Below, piece after piece: positions 13,104 through 21,544 of a stretch of DNA of 24,000 bases. This DNA is from Propionibacteriaceae bacterium Y1923 (GTDB taxonomy: Bacteria; Actinomycetota; Actinomycetes; Propionibacteriales; Propionibacteriaceae), in NCBI GenBank assembly GCA_050157085.1, contig CP189724.1, positions 2,751,761-2,775,760 on the forward strand. Reading direction: 5' to 3'. The first letter of the stretch is position 1. Every line of letters begins with the position of its first letter. A model generated the notes under the pieces. It had not been told where the DNA came from. It saw only the letters and a list, made by a program, of their open reading frames with translations, and made no database searches. Both the position numbers and the translations under genes were made by a program.

Positions 13104-15551
13104 TCAGCCGAACAGGGTCACACCGTTCCAGCCGGTGCCGATCTGCTTCGCCACTCCCCAGCGGCCGTTGCCGTTGTTGGAGTAGAGGAACAGGCTGCCG
13201 TCGGCGCGGCGGCCGACCAGGTCGACCCGGGCGTCACCGGTCAGGTCGCCGGGGGCGAACATCGCGGTGAAGCCGGTCCAACCGCGACCGACCTTGGCGG
13301 CCTGGATGATCACGCCACCGTTGCCGGAGTAGTAGACCAGCAGGTCGCCGGCGGGGTTGGTGGCCAGGATGTCGGCGGTGCCGTCACCGTTGAAGTCACC
13401 CACGCTGGTCAGCTGGTTGATTCCGAGCCAGTTCTTGCCGATGTGGCGGGCGTCCTTCAGGCCGTCGGTGGTCATCGTGTAGCGGTACAGGTTGCCATTG
13501 GCACCCACCGCTGCCACCTCGGTCGAGCCGTCAGCGTTCATGTCGCCGACCACGACGATCTTGTGCATGTTGCCCCAGCCGGTGCCGACGACGCGCGCCG
13601 AACCGAACTGGCCCATGCCCTGGCCGTAGTACATGAACATCAGGCCGTCCTTGCGCAGGCCCAGCAGGTCGTCAATGCCGTCACCGTTCACATCGGGGGT
13701 GTGCGAGATCCAGGTGAAGTTCTGCCAGCCGCCACCGGCCTTCGCGTAGGCACCGGACAGGCCGCCGATGGTCCCGAAGTGGGTGGTCAGCACGCCGTCG
13801 GGGCCGACGGCCAGGATGTCACCGATGCGGTCACCGGACTGGTCGCCCCAGGCGTAGTCGGTGCCCTTGGGGGGCAGCGGCACGCAGTCGGCCGGGCCGT
13901 CACCGCGGACGAAGTCGCCGGTCAGGTCGGCCTGCAGGCTGTAGACCGAGCCGTCGGTGGGCTGGGAGCCGTCGGTGATGGCGCCGTCGAACTGCACCTG
14001 GAAGGCGGTGCCGGCGGGCAGGTCACCCAGGGTGAAGACGAGCAAGCCGTCCTCGACGGTAGGCGTCGGTGCGGTGATGAACGCGTCTGCGGGCCAGCGC
14101 AGTGCGTCATCGGCGTCCAGGCTGCTGAACTGCAGGAACTGGGTGTGGGTCTGGTTGGTCAGGCTGGCCGCAACGATGTCCCAGTTGTCGCCGGGGGTCA
14201 GCACCAGCTTGGCGTTGGTGATCGCATGGTCGGTCGCGACCGGGACGCGCCAGTGCAGCGGGCCGGCGCCGTAGTTGCCGGTCCAGTGGTGCAGCCGGAA
14301 CAGGCCCTGGCTCTCGGGGTAGTCCTTCGGGTCGACCAGGTACCCGTAGCCGTTGTTGCTCGGGTCGGTGAGCTGCAGGTCGATGTCGGCCGAGGCGACC
14401 CAGCGGGCCACGCACCGGTCGGACAGGTCACCGTACTGCTCGAGCGGTGCGTCCTTGGTGGCGGTCTGGGTGATGGTGCCGTCGAAGCGGCGCCCGTTGT
14501 CGCCCCACTGGGTGGCCTGGTTGCTCCAGGTGAAGGTGTGGGTGCCCGCCAGGGTGTGGACGATGCCGTTGGCGACACCGCCGACCTCGGCCACCTCGGC
14601 GCCCGCACCGGTGGTCAGCGGCAGCACGGTGCCGTCGAAGTTCGTGACGGTGACGACGGCCGGGTCGAGGTTGACCAGGGTGTCATCAAGGGTCACGGTC
14701 TGCCGGTTGGCGTAGAGCTGGAACGGGGTGCGCTCCAGGTACTCCGCGATCGGGCTCAGGTCGGTGATGTGGTTGTCGTGCAGGCGCAGCTGGTTCAGCT
14801 TGGGCAGGTCGGTGATCTGCTCCAGGCTCTCGTTGGTCAGCGCTCGGTTGTTCAGGTAGAGCTGCTGCAGGTTGGCCAGCCCGTCGATCGGGGTCAGGTC
14901 GAGGGCGGTGGTGGTGCCGGCCGGGCCCGAGGCCCACAGGCGAACCAGGTTGGGCAGGTCGGCGACGGGCTCGAAGGAGGCAAGGGGGTTCGAGCTGGCG
15001 TAGATGCCGGTCAGGGTGTCGGCCGAGGCCACCAGCGGTGACAGGTCGGTGACCCTGTTGAACTCAATGTTGACCAGGCCCAGGGTGTCGACATCCTCGA
15101 GGGGCTCGAGGCTGGTGATGCCCTCGGCCGGGGAGGTGGTCGCGTCACGGTGCAGCAGCAGGGTGGAGAGCGACTCCATGCCCGACATGTCGTCGGGCAG
15201 CGCCGAGAGGTGGTTGTTGTCGAGGTTCAGCGACGTGAGCTTGGCCGAGCCGGCCAGTTCATCGAAGTCGGTGATCTTGTTGCCCGACAGGTTGACCGTG
15301 GTCAGGTTGGTCGCGTGCTCGAGGCCCTCGAGCGAGGCGACGCCCTGCGAGGTGCAGGTCAGGGTGGTGAGGCCGGCCAGGTCGGCGGCCGCGATGGGTG
15401 CGATGGCCTCCTGCCCGAGTGAGGTGTTGATGCAGGCCTTGAGCGCTGCATCGGTGACGACGCCGTCATCGGCATGGGCGATGATCGCCCCGCTGAACAG
15501 GACTGCGGCGGCCGTGACGAGGGCCGCCAAGCCCCGCTGGGTGGTTTTCAT
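13104..15551 (-). CDS. Secreted multidomain protein: signal peptide, internalin-like leucine-rich repeats, central beta-rich region, C-terminal FG-GAP/VCBS repeat beta-propeller (815 aa)
   Basis: Signal peptide: MKTTQRGLAALVTAAAVLFSGAIIAHA. About 10 LRRs of roughly 22 aa (NLTTVNLSGNKITDFDEL, LTSLNLDNNHLSAL, LQQLYLNNRALTN, LNQLRLHDNHITDLSPI). The C-terminal 270 aa contain five or more repeats of GD.NGDG..D.......G.L..Y.G.G.G.......G.GW. AAGGAG lies 7 nt upstream of ATG 15551. Confidence 0.85.
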   Translation of the reverse strand: MKTTQRGLAALVTAAAVLFSGAIIAHADDGVVTDAALKACINTSLGQEAIAPIAAADLAGLTTLTCTSQGVASLEGLEHATNLTTVNLSGNKITDFDELAGSAKLTSLNLDNNHLSALPDDMSGMESLSTLLLHRDATTSPAEGITSLEPLEDVDTLGLVNIEFNRVTDLSPLVASADTLTGIYASSNPLASFEPVADLPNLVRLWASGPAGTTTALDLTPIDGLANLQQLYLNNRALTNESLEQITDLPKLNQLRLHDNHITDLSPIAEYLERTPFQLYANRQTVTLDDTLVNLDPAVVTVTNFDGTVLPLTTGAGAEVAEVGGVANGIVHTLAGTHTFTWSNQATQWGDNGRRFDGTITQTATKDAPLEQYGDLSDRCVARWVASADIDLQLTDPSNNGYGYLVDPKDYPESQGLFRLHHWTGNYGAGPLHWRVPVATDHAITNAKLVLTPGDNWDIVAASLTNQTHTQFLQFSSLDADDALRWPADAFITAPTPTVEDGLLVFTLGDLPAGTAFQVQFDGAITDGSQPTDGSVYSLQADLTGDFVRGDGPADCVPLPPKGTDYAWGDQSGDRIGDILAVGPDGVLTTHFGTIGGLSGAYAKAGGGWQNFTWISHTPDVNGDGIDDLLGLRKDGLMFMYYGQGMGQFGSARVVGTGWGNMHKIVVVGDMNADGSTEVAAVGANGNLYRYTMTTDGLKDARHIGKNWLGINQLTSVGDFNGDGTADILATNPAGDLLVYYSGNGGVIIQAAKVGRGWTGFTAMFAPGDLTGDARVDLVGRRADGSLFLYSNNGNGRWGVAKQIGTGWNGVTLFG

Positions 15552-15558
15552 AGTGCTT

Positions 15559-15591
15559 CTCCTTGCCAAGGAGGGACGACAACCGTTGTCG
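15559..15591 (-). promoter_or_regulatory. Two adjacent 7-1-7 palindromes in the leader of the LRR/FG-GAP gene; the first contains the SD
   Basis: ctccttg-c-caaggag (15559-15573) and cgacaac-c-gttgtcg (15577-15591), with centres 18 bp apart. A TTGACA hexamer (minus strand, 15609..15604) sits 12 nt upstream of the second palindrome. Confidence 0.3.
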
Positions 15592-15692
15592 CCCCCGCCG
15601 GGCTGTCAACCAACAGCGCGGTTAGGATTTCATGTCCTGAATATGAGGATGCAAGGAGGGTCTGACATTTCTTGCAGTGCGGGCACAAGACA

Positions 15693-15720
15693 GGGGCCGG
15701 ACGATCGCTCGTCCGGCCCC
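15693..15720 (-). terminator. Intrinsic-terminator-like hairpin after the aldo/keto reductase gene
   Basis: 12-bp perfect stem: ggggccggacga (15693-15704) pairs with tcgtccggcccc (15709-15720), with a 4-nt loop. It lies 20 nt downstream of the stop at 15740, and the trailing minus-strand sequence tgtcttgtg is moderately U-rich. Confidence 0.7.
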
Positions 15721-15739
15721 TGAAGCGCTGGTTTCGCGC

Positions 15740-16714
15740 TCAGAACAGTGCGATTTTTGCCACCTTCGGGAAGATGTCGTCCAGTGCGGCTTCGTCCTCG
15801 GCGGTGGGCACCCAGCTGGCCGCCTCGGCGTTCTGCTGCACCTGCTCGGGGCGCGTGGCGCCGGCGATCACCGAGCCGACGCTGGGCCGCGAGGCCAGCC
15901 ACGAGAAGGCCACCTGGATCTCGGTGAGCCCACGCTCGGCGGCGAAGTCACCGAAGGCCTTCATCTGGGCCAGGTCGAGGTTCTCGACCAGATGCTGGCG
16001 GGTCAGGGTGAGCCGGCTGCCCTCGGGCGCGGTCCCCGAGGAGTATTTGCCGGTCAGCAGGCCGTTGGCCAGCGGGAAGTAGGGCAGCACACCCAGGCCG
16101 AAGTGCTCGGCGGCCGGGGTCACCTCCAGCTCGGCGCGGCGATCGAGCAAGTTGTAGTGGTTCTGGCTCGAGATGAAGCGTTCGGTGCCGGTCATCTGCG
16201 CGGTGAACTCGGCCTCGGCGATCTGCCAACCGGACATGTTCGAGTGGCCGATGTAGCGCACCTTCCCGGCGCGGACGAGGTCGTCGAGCGCGGCCAGGGT
16301 CTCTTCGACCGGGGTCAGCGGGTCGGGGGTGTGGTACTGGTACAGGTCGATGTATTCGGTGCCGAGCCGGCGCAGCGACGCCTCGGCGGCCCGGACGATG
16401 TAGCGCCGCGACCCGCGCGCCTCGAAGTCGGGGCCGTTGACACCCTTCATGTCCATGCCGAACTTGGTGGCGACCACCACGTCCTCGCGGCGCGACCCCA
16501 GCGCCTTGCCGAGCATGACCTCGGACAGGCCCGGTTCGTAGCCGTAGGAGTCGGCCGTGTCGAACAGGGTGATCCCGGCGTCCAGGGCGGCGTGGATGAT
16601 CGTGTCGGCCCCCTCCTGGTGCTCGGTCGGGGTGCCGCGTCGTCCGAGGTTGTTCAACCCCAGCCCGACGGCGGAAACGGTCAGTCCGGAATGGCCAAGT
16701 CGGCGGTAGTCCAT
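15740..16714 (-). CDS. Aldo/keto reductase family oxidoreductase
   Basis: MDYRRLGHSGLTVSAVGLG...FDTADSYG...LDDLVRAGKVRYIGHSN...EVTPAAEHFGLGVLPYFPLANGLLTGKY is a full-length AKR signature (Tas/YajO-like subgroup). SD GAGAGGG lies upstream of ATG 16714. Confidence 0.9.
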   Translation of the reverse strand: MDYRRLGHSGLTVSAVGLGLNNLGRRGTPTEHQEGADTIIHAALDAGITLFDTADSYGYEPGLSEVMLGKALGSRREDVVVATKFGMDMKGVNGPDFEARGSRRYIVRAAEASLRRLGTEYIDLYQYHTPDPLTPVEETLAALDDLVRAGKVRYIGHSNMSGWQIAEAEFTAQMTGTERFISSQNHYNLLDRRAELEVTPAAEHFGLGVLPYFPLANGLLTGKYSSGTAPEGSRLTLTRQHLVENLDLAQMKAFGDFAAERGLTEIQVAFSWLASRPSVGSVIAGATRPEQVQQNAEAASWVPTAEDEAALDDIFPKVAKIALF

Positions 16715-16756
16715 GGGAACCCTCTCAAGTGTCGTCTGCCCTCGATCCTAGGCTCC

Positions 16757-16919
16757 TCAGTGGAGCTGGTCGTGGCGGGCCACCTCCCGGTCATGCTTGG
16801 TCACCGGGCCCTCGAGGTGCGGGGCCCGCATCTCGGCCAGGTCCTCGCCGCGGCCTTCGCGGCGCAGCGCCTCGATGACCCACTCGATCACCTCGGCGGT
16901 GACCTGCGTGCGGGTCCAC
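16757..16919 (-). pseudogene. Orphan C-terminal gene fragment (no usable start), unidentified family
   Basis: The hand-translated frame gives ...WWWTRTQVTAEVIEWVIEALRREGRGEDLAEMRAPHLEGPVTKHDREVARHDQLH*, with the stop at 16757-16759. An in-frame TGA occurs about 70 nt further upstream, and there is no ATG or GTG with an SD. It abuts the plus-strand SBP fragment at about 16920. Confidence 0.3.
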
Positions 16920-16920
16920 C

Positions 16921-17260
16921 ACCATCCTGGAGGCGGGCAACATCGTCTTCGACAAGGTGCCGGCCACCAGCTTCGTCTCGTTCAGCATGCGCGTCGATCA
17001 GGCCCCCTTCGACAAGCTCGAGGTGCGCCAGGCCATCGCCTGGGCATTGGACCGCGACGCCCTGACCCAGGCGATCACCGACGTTGCCCGAACGATCCTG
17101 GGTCGCGACGCCAGCCAGACCTCGGTGGACGAACTGCGCCGCACGCTGGAGCTCGACGTCCCGCTGTGGCAGCGCTACCTGCGTTGCTCGGCAACTTCGT
17201 CACCGGCGACTGGAGCACCTCACTGACCCTGGACGTGCCGGTGCGCGACCTGGTGCTGCT
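16921..17260 (+). pseudogene. Remnant of a peptide/nickel ABC transporter locus: internal family-5 SBP fragment fused to a DppB/OppB-type permease N-terminal fragment, with a frameshift
   Basis: TILEAGNIVFDKVPATSFVSFSMRVDQAPFDKLEVRQAIAWALDRDALTQAI matches the SBP_bac_5 pattern (fN....PFdd.rVRqAi..AiDr). It switches directly to ARTILGRDASQTSVDELRRTLELDVPLWQRYLR, which matches the permease pattern (ilG..at.e.v..lr..lGLD.Pl..QYl). A -1 shift at about 17182-17184 then gives LLGNFVTGDWSTSLTLDVPVRDLV (permease GDlG.S motif). Neither gene has a start or the rest of its body. Confidence 0.6.
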
Positions 17261-17302
17261 GTGCCTGGGCTACGTCGCCCGGCACGTGCGGGGGCGAACT
17301 GC

Positions 17303-17334
17303 AGCCCCGGCCGCAGCCGGAGTGAGCCGGGGCT
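17303..17334 (-). terminator. Hairpin abutting the stop of the NRDE-family gene
   Basis: 9-bp stem: agccccggc (17303-17311) pairs with gccggggct (17326-17334), with a 14-nt loop. Weak, with no U-tract. Confidence 0.3.
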
Positions 17335-18047
17335 CAGGCCCCGGGCAGTGACAGGTCGTTCCAGTGGCCCGGCCGCTCGAGGGTGGCCATCCCCACCTCA
17401 ACCCCGTCGGCATCCACCGAGGCGACGCTGACCAGCAGCGACAGGGTCGGGTAGCCGTGAATGCGGTTGTCGCGGATGATGGCCCGGTCATCGGTCGGGC
17501 CGATCGAGGTGGTCCGGGCCAGCACGTCCAGCCAGTCGCCCCACCACGGGGACTCGCCGTCGCCCTCGGTGGGGGCGGCGGCGAAGTCGTCGAGCCAGGC
17601 GCTGATCCGCGCCGTGGTGGGGTCGTCGACGTCGTCGTGGGCGACCATGTGGGTGCCCGGGGCCAGGTCGACCACCCGCGGTGAGCCGCCCTCCCAGGAG
17701 GTGACCCGCGCCGCCTCAGCGCTCACCCGGACGAGGTTGAACCCCAGCGTGGTCAGCGGGTCCGGCAACGGCCGTCCGGCGACCGCGTCGAGGACCAGCG
17801 ATCCCCGCGAGGTGACCTCGGGGCCGCAGGCCCCACCGGCGCGGTTCAGCAGCACCGCCAGGGTGGTGTCGTCGGCTGCCAGCCAGGCGCCGCCGGCGAG
17901 TTCGTCCATGATGCCCCGCACCCCGGGGGCGTCGGGCCACCAGGTGTCCAGGGGACGCCAGGGGCGTGCGGGGTCCTCATCGCGGACGGCCAGCACCCGG
18001 ACGGGGCCGGCGCCGGGTTCCGGGACGCGGACAACAACGGTGCACAT
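17334..18047 (-). CDS. NRDE-family protein (TANGO2-like, Ntn-hydrolase-like fold with N-terminal Met-Cys), 237 aa
   Basis: It starts MCTVVVRV (the MC N-terminus is typical of the family). Also ...VLAVRDED....W..........GG.W.......LAVLLNR...SRG.LV. The 23-codon upstream extension in the track would overlap the coaBC promoter region. Confidence 0.75.
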   Translation of the reverse strand: MCTVVVRVPEPGAGPVRVLAVRDEDPARPWRPLDTWWPDAPGVRGIMDELAGGAWLAADDTTLAVLLNRAGGACGPEVTSRGSLVLDAVAGRPLPDPLTTLGFNLVRVSAEAARVTSWEGGSPRVVDLAPGTHMVAHDDVDDPTTARISAWLDDFAAAPTEGDGESPWWGDWLDVLARTTSIGPTDDRAIIRDNRIHGYPTLSLLVSVASVDADGVEVGMATLERPGHWNDLSLPGA

Positions 18048-18093
18048 GGGCAGGCAGGCTACCCCCTGCGGCTGGGGGTGGAAGAATCCAGCC

Positions 18094-19320
18094 ATGGTCA
18101 TCATCGTTGGTGTCACCGGTGGTATTGCCGCCTACAAGGCTGTCCACCTCGTCCGCCTGTTCATCGCCGACGGGCACGAGGTGCACGTCATTCCCACCGA
18201 GGACGCGCTGCGTTTCGTGGGTCGCCCCACGTGGGAGGCGATCTCGCGCAACCCGGTCACCACCTCGGTGCACGACGACGTGCCACGGGTGCGCCACGTC
18301 GCGCTCGGGCAGCGGGCCGACCTGGTCGTGGTGGCCCCCGCGACGGCGAACACCATGGCGGCCATGGCAGCGGGCCTGGCCGACGACCTGCTCGGCACGA
18401 CGCTGCTGGCCACCACCGCGCCGGTGCTGGTGGCCCCGGCGATGCACACCGAGATGTGGAACCACCCGGCCACCCGCGCAAACGTGGAGACGCTGCGCTC
18501 ACGCGGGGTCAGGCTGGTGGGCCCCGACAGTGGCCCGCTCACCGGCGGCGACTCCGGCCCGGGACGCATGAGTGAGCCCGAAGAGATCCACCGGGCCGCG
18601 CTCGAGCTGCTGCGTAGTGCCCAGGACCTGGCCGGGCTCACCGTGGCGGTCTCGGCCGGCGGCACCCGCGAACCCATCGACCCGGTGCGCTACCTCGGCA
18701 ACCGGTCGAGCGGGCGGCAGGGGGTCGCCCTGGCGGCGGCGGCCGCCGACCGCGGCGCCCGGGTGCTGCTGGCGGCGGCCAACATCGAGGCCGACGTGCT
18801 GCGCGCGGCCCAGCACCCGCACATCGAGGTCTCCACCGCGGGGTCGGCGGCCGAGCTGGCGACGCTGATGCGCCGGGCCGCCGAGCAGGCCGAGATCGTG
18901 ATCATGGCGGCGGCCGTGGCCGACTACCGGGTGGCCGAACTGTCCCAGGAGAAGATGTCCAAGGAATCGGGACCGGCCCCGGTGTTGACCTTGGTCGAGA
19001 ACGAGGACATCCTCGCTCGGCTGACCGCTGAGCGGCGCCCCGACCAGACCATCGTCGGGTTCGCCGCCGAGACCGCCAGTGGTGAGGAACTGCTCGCCCG
19101 CGGGCGACGCAAGCGGCAGCGCAAGGGCGCCGACCTGCTCGCGATCAACGAGGTCGGCTGGACGAAGGGTTTCGAGACCGCCGACAACCGGTTGGTGGTG
19201 ATCGGTGCCGACGACCAGGTGGTCGCGGAGGCGTCCGGGTCGAAGCGTGAGGTGGCCGAGGTGCTGCTGGGGGCGATCGCCGAGCTGCGTGACGGGGCCG
19301 GCGACGGGGCTGCTGGCTAG
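18094..19320 (+). CDS. coaBC: Bifunctional phosphopantothenoylcysteine decarboxylase / phosphopantothenate-cysteine ligase
   Basis: Flavoprotein half: IIVGVTGGIAAYKAVHLVRLF...VVAPATANTMAAMAAGLADDLL...PAMHTEMW. CoaB half: VSAGGTREPIDPVRYLGNRSSGRQG...MAAAVADYR...KKRQRKGADLLAINEV. The track ORF from 17461 is an antisense-overlap extension. Confidence 0.95.
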   Translation: MVIIVGVTGGIAAYKAVHLVRLFIADGHEVHVIPTEDALRFVGRPTWEAISRNPVTTSVHDDVPRVRHVALGQRADLVVVAPATANTMAAMAAGLADDLLGTTLLATTAPVLVAPAMHTEMWNHPATRANVETLRSRGVRLVGPDSGPLTGGDSGPGRMSEPEEIHRAALELLRSAQDLAGLTVAVSAGGTREPIDPVRYLGNRSSGRQGVALAAAAADRGARVLLAAANIEADVLRAAQHPHIEVSTAGSAAELATLMRRAAEQAEIVIMAAAVADYRVAELSQEKMSKESGPAPVLTLVENEDILARLTAERRPDQTIVGFAAETASGEELLARGRRKRQRKGADLLAINEVGWTKGFETADNRLVVIGADDQVVAEASGSKREVAEVLLGAIAELRDGAGDGAAG

Positions 19321-19329
19321 GCTGGGCCC

Positions 19330-20259
19330 ATGTTGGCGGTCCAGTACACAGAACATGGTGGCCCCGAGGTCCTGCGGCTGGTCACCGATGCCCCCGAACC
19401 CGAGGTCGGCCCCGGGGAGGTGCGGATCGCGGTCAAGGCCTCATCGGTGAACCCGGTCGACTGGAAGATCGTCGCCGGGCGCCCCGACATGCCGGTGGAC
19501 TTCCCGGCCACCCCCGGACGAGACGCTGCCGGGGTGGTCGAGTCGATCGGTGAGGGCGTGGTCGGCTGGTCGGTCGGCGACGAGGTGGTCGCCTACGGCC
19601 ACGAGGGTCGCGGGGTGCGCAGCGGCGGCTGGGCCGAGCTGATGACCGTGCCCGCCGACGCGCTGGGCCCGAAGCCGGCCACCGTCACCTGGGACGAGGC
19701 CGGCACCCTGCCCTGCGCCGGGCTGACCGCCTACCAGGTCAACCGGCTGGCCGAGGTCGGCCCCGGCGACACCGTGCTGGTGCATGCCGCCGCCGGCGGG
19801 GTGGGCCACTTCGCGGTGCAGGTCGCCCGGGCGCTGGGTGCCTCTCGGGTGATCGGGACGGCCTCCGCACCGAACCATGACTTCCTGCGCGGCCTGGGCG
19901 CCGAGCCGGTGACCTATGGCGAGGGCCTGGTCGAGCGGGTGCGCGAACTGGCCCCGGAGGGTGTCGACGTGGTGATTGACCTGGTCGGTGGCGGGGTGGT
20001 CGAGCAGACCCTGGCGGTGCTGGCCGAGGGTGGCCGGCACGCCTCGATCGCCGACCGCCAGATTGTTGACCATGGTGGCCGCTACCTGCAGGTGGCGGCC
20101 GACCGGGCCGACTTCACCGCACTGGGCGAGCTGATCGACGCGGGCCGGGTGGGGGTGGTGCTGGCCGCGGTCTTCGAGCTGGCCGAGGCCGACCGTGCCG
20201 TCGAGCAGAGCCAGACCCGCCACGTGCAGGGCAAGATCGCCATCCACGTCGCGGGCTGA
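19330..20259 (+). CDS. NADPH:quinone oxidoreductase-like medium-chain dehydrogenase/reductase
   Basis: GPEVL.......PEPGPGEVRIAVKASSVNPVDWKI..G, AAGGVGHFAVQVARALGA (Rossmann motif) and the C-terminal GKIAIHV. Confidence 0.85.
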   Translation: MLAVQYTEHGGPEVLRLVTDAPEPEVGPGEVRIAVKASSVNPVDWKIVAGRPDMPVDFPATPGRDAAGVVESIGEGVVGWSVGDEVVAYGHEGRGVRSGGWAELMTVPADALGPKPATVTWDEAGTLPCAGLTAYQVNRLAEVGPGDTVLVHAAAGGVGHFAVQVARALGASRVIGTASAPNHDFLRGLGAEPVTYGEGLVERVRELAPEGVDVVIDLVGGGVVEQTLAVLAEGGRHASIADRQIVDHGGRYLQVAADRADFTALGELIDAGRVGVVLAAVFELAEADRAVEQSQTRHVQGKIAIHVAG

Positions 20260-20273
20260 GGCCCCGGTCAGGT

Positions 20274-20639
20274 TCACCGTTCGGCGTGCCAGGCCCGGGT
20301 CACCGCTGCGGTCGCCTCGTCCAGGTCAATCCCGGACGAGCGGGCCGCTGCGACGTAGGCCAGTGCCGCCCGGTGGACGGCATCGGGAACCGACTGGCCG
20401 GGGGCGACCCTCGTCCCCCGGCCCCGTGAGCTGACCACCAGGCCCTCGGCCTCGAGCGCCGCGTAGGCCTTGGCGACGGTGCCGGGGGCGACGTCGAGGT
20501 CACCGGCGAGCTGGCGGACCGAGGGCAGCCGGGTGTGCTCGGGCAGGGCGCCGGCCAGGATGTGGCCGCGCAGTTGCTGGCGCAGCTGCTCCGAGGTGGG
20601 GGTCGGGCTGTGCGGGTCAAGGTGCAGGCTGAGGCTCAT
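20274..20639 (-). CDS. GntR-family transcriptional regulator, short YtrA-like subfamily (121 aa)
   Basis: QLRQQLRGHILAGALPEHTRLPSVRQLAGDLDVAPGTVAKAYAALEAEGLVVSSRGRGTRV is a GntR winged HTH, followed by a short, roughly 50-aa C-terminal region. The ATG overlaps the upstream stop as ATGA (20636-20639). Confidence 0.85.
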   Translation of the reverse strand: MSLSLHLDPHSPTPTSEQLRQQLRGHILAGALPEHTRLPSVRQLAGDLDVAPGTVAKAYAALEAEGLVVSSRGRGTRVAPGQSVPDAVHRAALAYVAAARSSGIDLDEATAAVTRAWHAER

Positions 20640-21511
20640 CGTCGGGCCGCCGTCACGATCGCCGATGCCCACAGGAACAGCCCGATGATGATCGCGCACA
20701 GGCCGACGCCGAGCTCCAGGACTGCCAGTGCGTCCAGGACCGGCAGGTCCCAGGCGAACTGCTTGCCGGTCTCGTCGCTGAACGTCCCCTCGGTCACCGA
20801 CGAGGTGGCGCTGCTGGCCATCACGCTCATGGCCCCGGTGTAGAGCAGGGCGCTGCCGGTGCCGACGGCCATCACCACCCGGGCCAGCCCGGCCCGCCAC
20901 TCACGCGCGGCCTCGCGTTCCTGCGAGGTTCCCCGCAGTGGGTGCCGGGCGATCCTGGCCAGGGCCACGACGGTGGCCACCAGCAACACCAGGGCCAGGG
21001 CCAGGGCGGGCAGCCCGTAGTACCACCCGGGGTAAGGGGAGGCAGTGGCTGCCATGAACCCGGAGTCGACCGAGATGATGCGCTGGCGGCCCTGGTCGTC
21101 GGGGCTGCCACTGGCCCCGAAGAAGAGGATGGCCGTCACCATGACGACCACGGCGCCGGCCGGGGCGCCGTAGAGCCAGGCCGGTCCCAGCCGGTTCCAG
21201 CCCCGGGGCGCCAGTTCGGCTTCGCTGCTGGAGGCGGTGCCGCCGGTGCCCGGGGAGGCGATCAGCCCCACCAGGACGACCAGGGCCCCGACCCCGGGGG
21301 CAGCCATCTGGACCAGACCCAGCGCTGGGCCGAACACGGCCCCACCCAGGACGAGCAGCGCCACACCGACCAGCACTCCCACGCCGAGCATGATCAACAC
21401 ACTGCCCCGCCGTGGGCCCACACTGCGCCCCCTGCTCATGCGGCTGACCAGCCACGCCGCCACCACACACGCCGCCACCGGCACCAGGATGCCGAGGACA
21501 CTCACCGCCAT
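20636..21511 (-). CDS. Polytopic integral membrane protein of unknown function (291 aa), co-transcribed with the YtrA-like regulator
   Basis: About 7-8 hydrophobic helices, starting MAVSVLGILVPVAACVVAAWLV... AAGGAGG lies 6 nt upstream of ATG 21511. The track ORF (to 21910) is an Arg/Pro-rich upstream extension. Confidence 0.7.
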   Translation of the reverse strand: MAVSVLGILVPVAACVVAAWLVSRMSRGRSVGPRRGSVLIMLGVGVLVGVALLVLGGAVFGPALGLVQMAAPGVGALVVLVGLIASPGTGGTASSSEAELAPRGWNRLGPAWLYGAPAGAVVVMVTAILFFGASGSPDDQGRQRIISVDSGFMAATASPYPGWYYGLPALALALVLLVATVVALARIARHPLRGTSQEREAAREWRAGLARVVMAVGTGSALLYTGAMSVMASSATSSVTEGTFSDETGKQFAWDLPVLDALAVLELGVGLCAIIIGLFLWASAIVTAARR

Positions 21512-21544
21512 GACCGCCTCCTTGCTCGTGACGCGAGACCTTCG

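Noticed and set aside
17334-19320. Track ORFs with long N-terminal extensions: 17334..18116, 17461..19320, 20274..20900, 20636..21910, 21655..23559, 7664..8128, 8255..9028, 9164..10642, 13104..15569, 5676..6263, 4815..5114.
   Set aside because: The extensions overlap neighbouring genes or promoters and lack an SD. They precede internal starts that have good SD spacing and coincide with the family-typical N-termini (for example MCT for NRDE, MVIIVGVTGG for CoaBC). All were trimmed accordingly.
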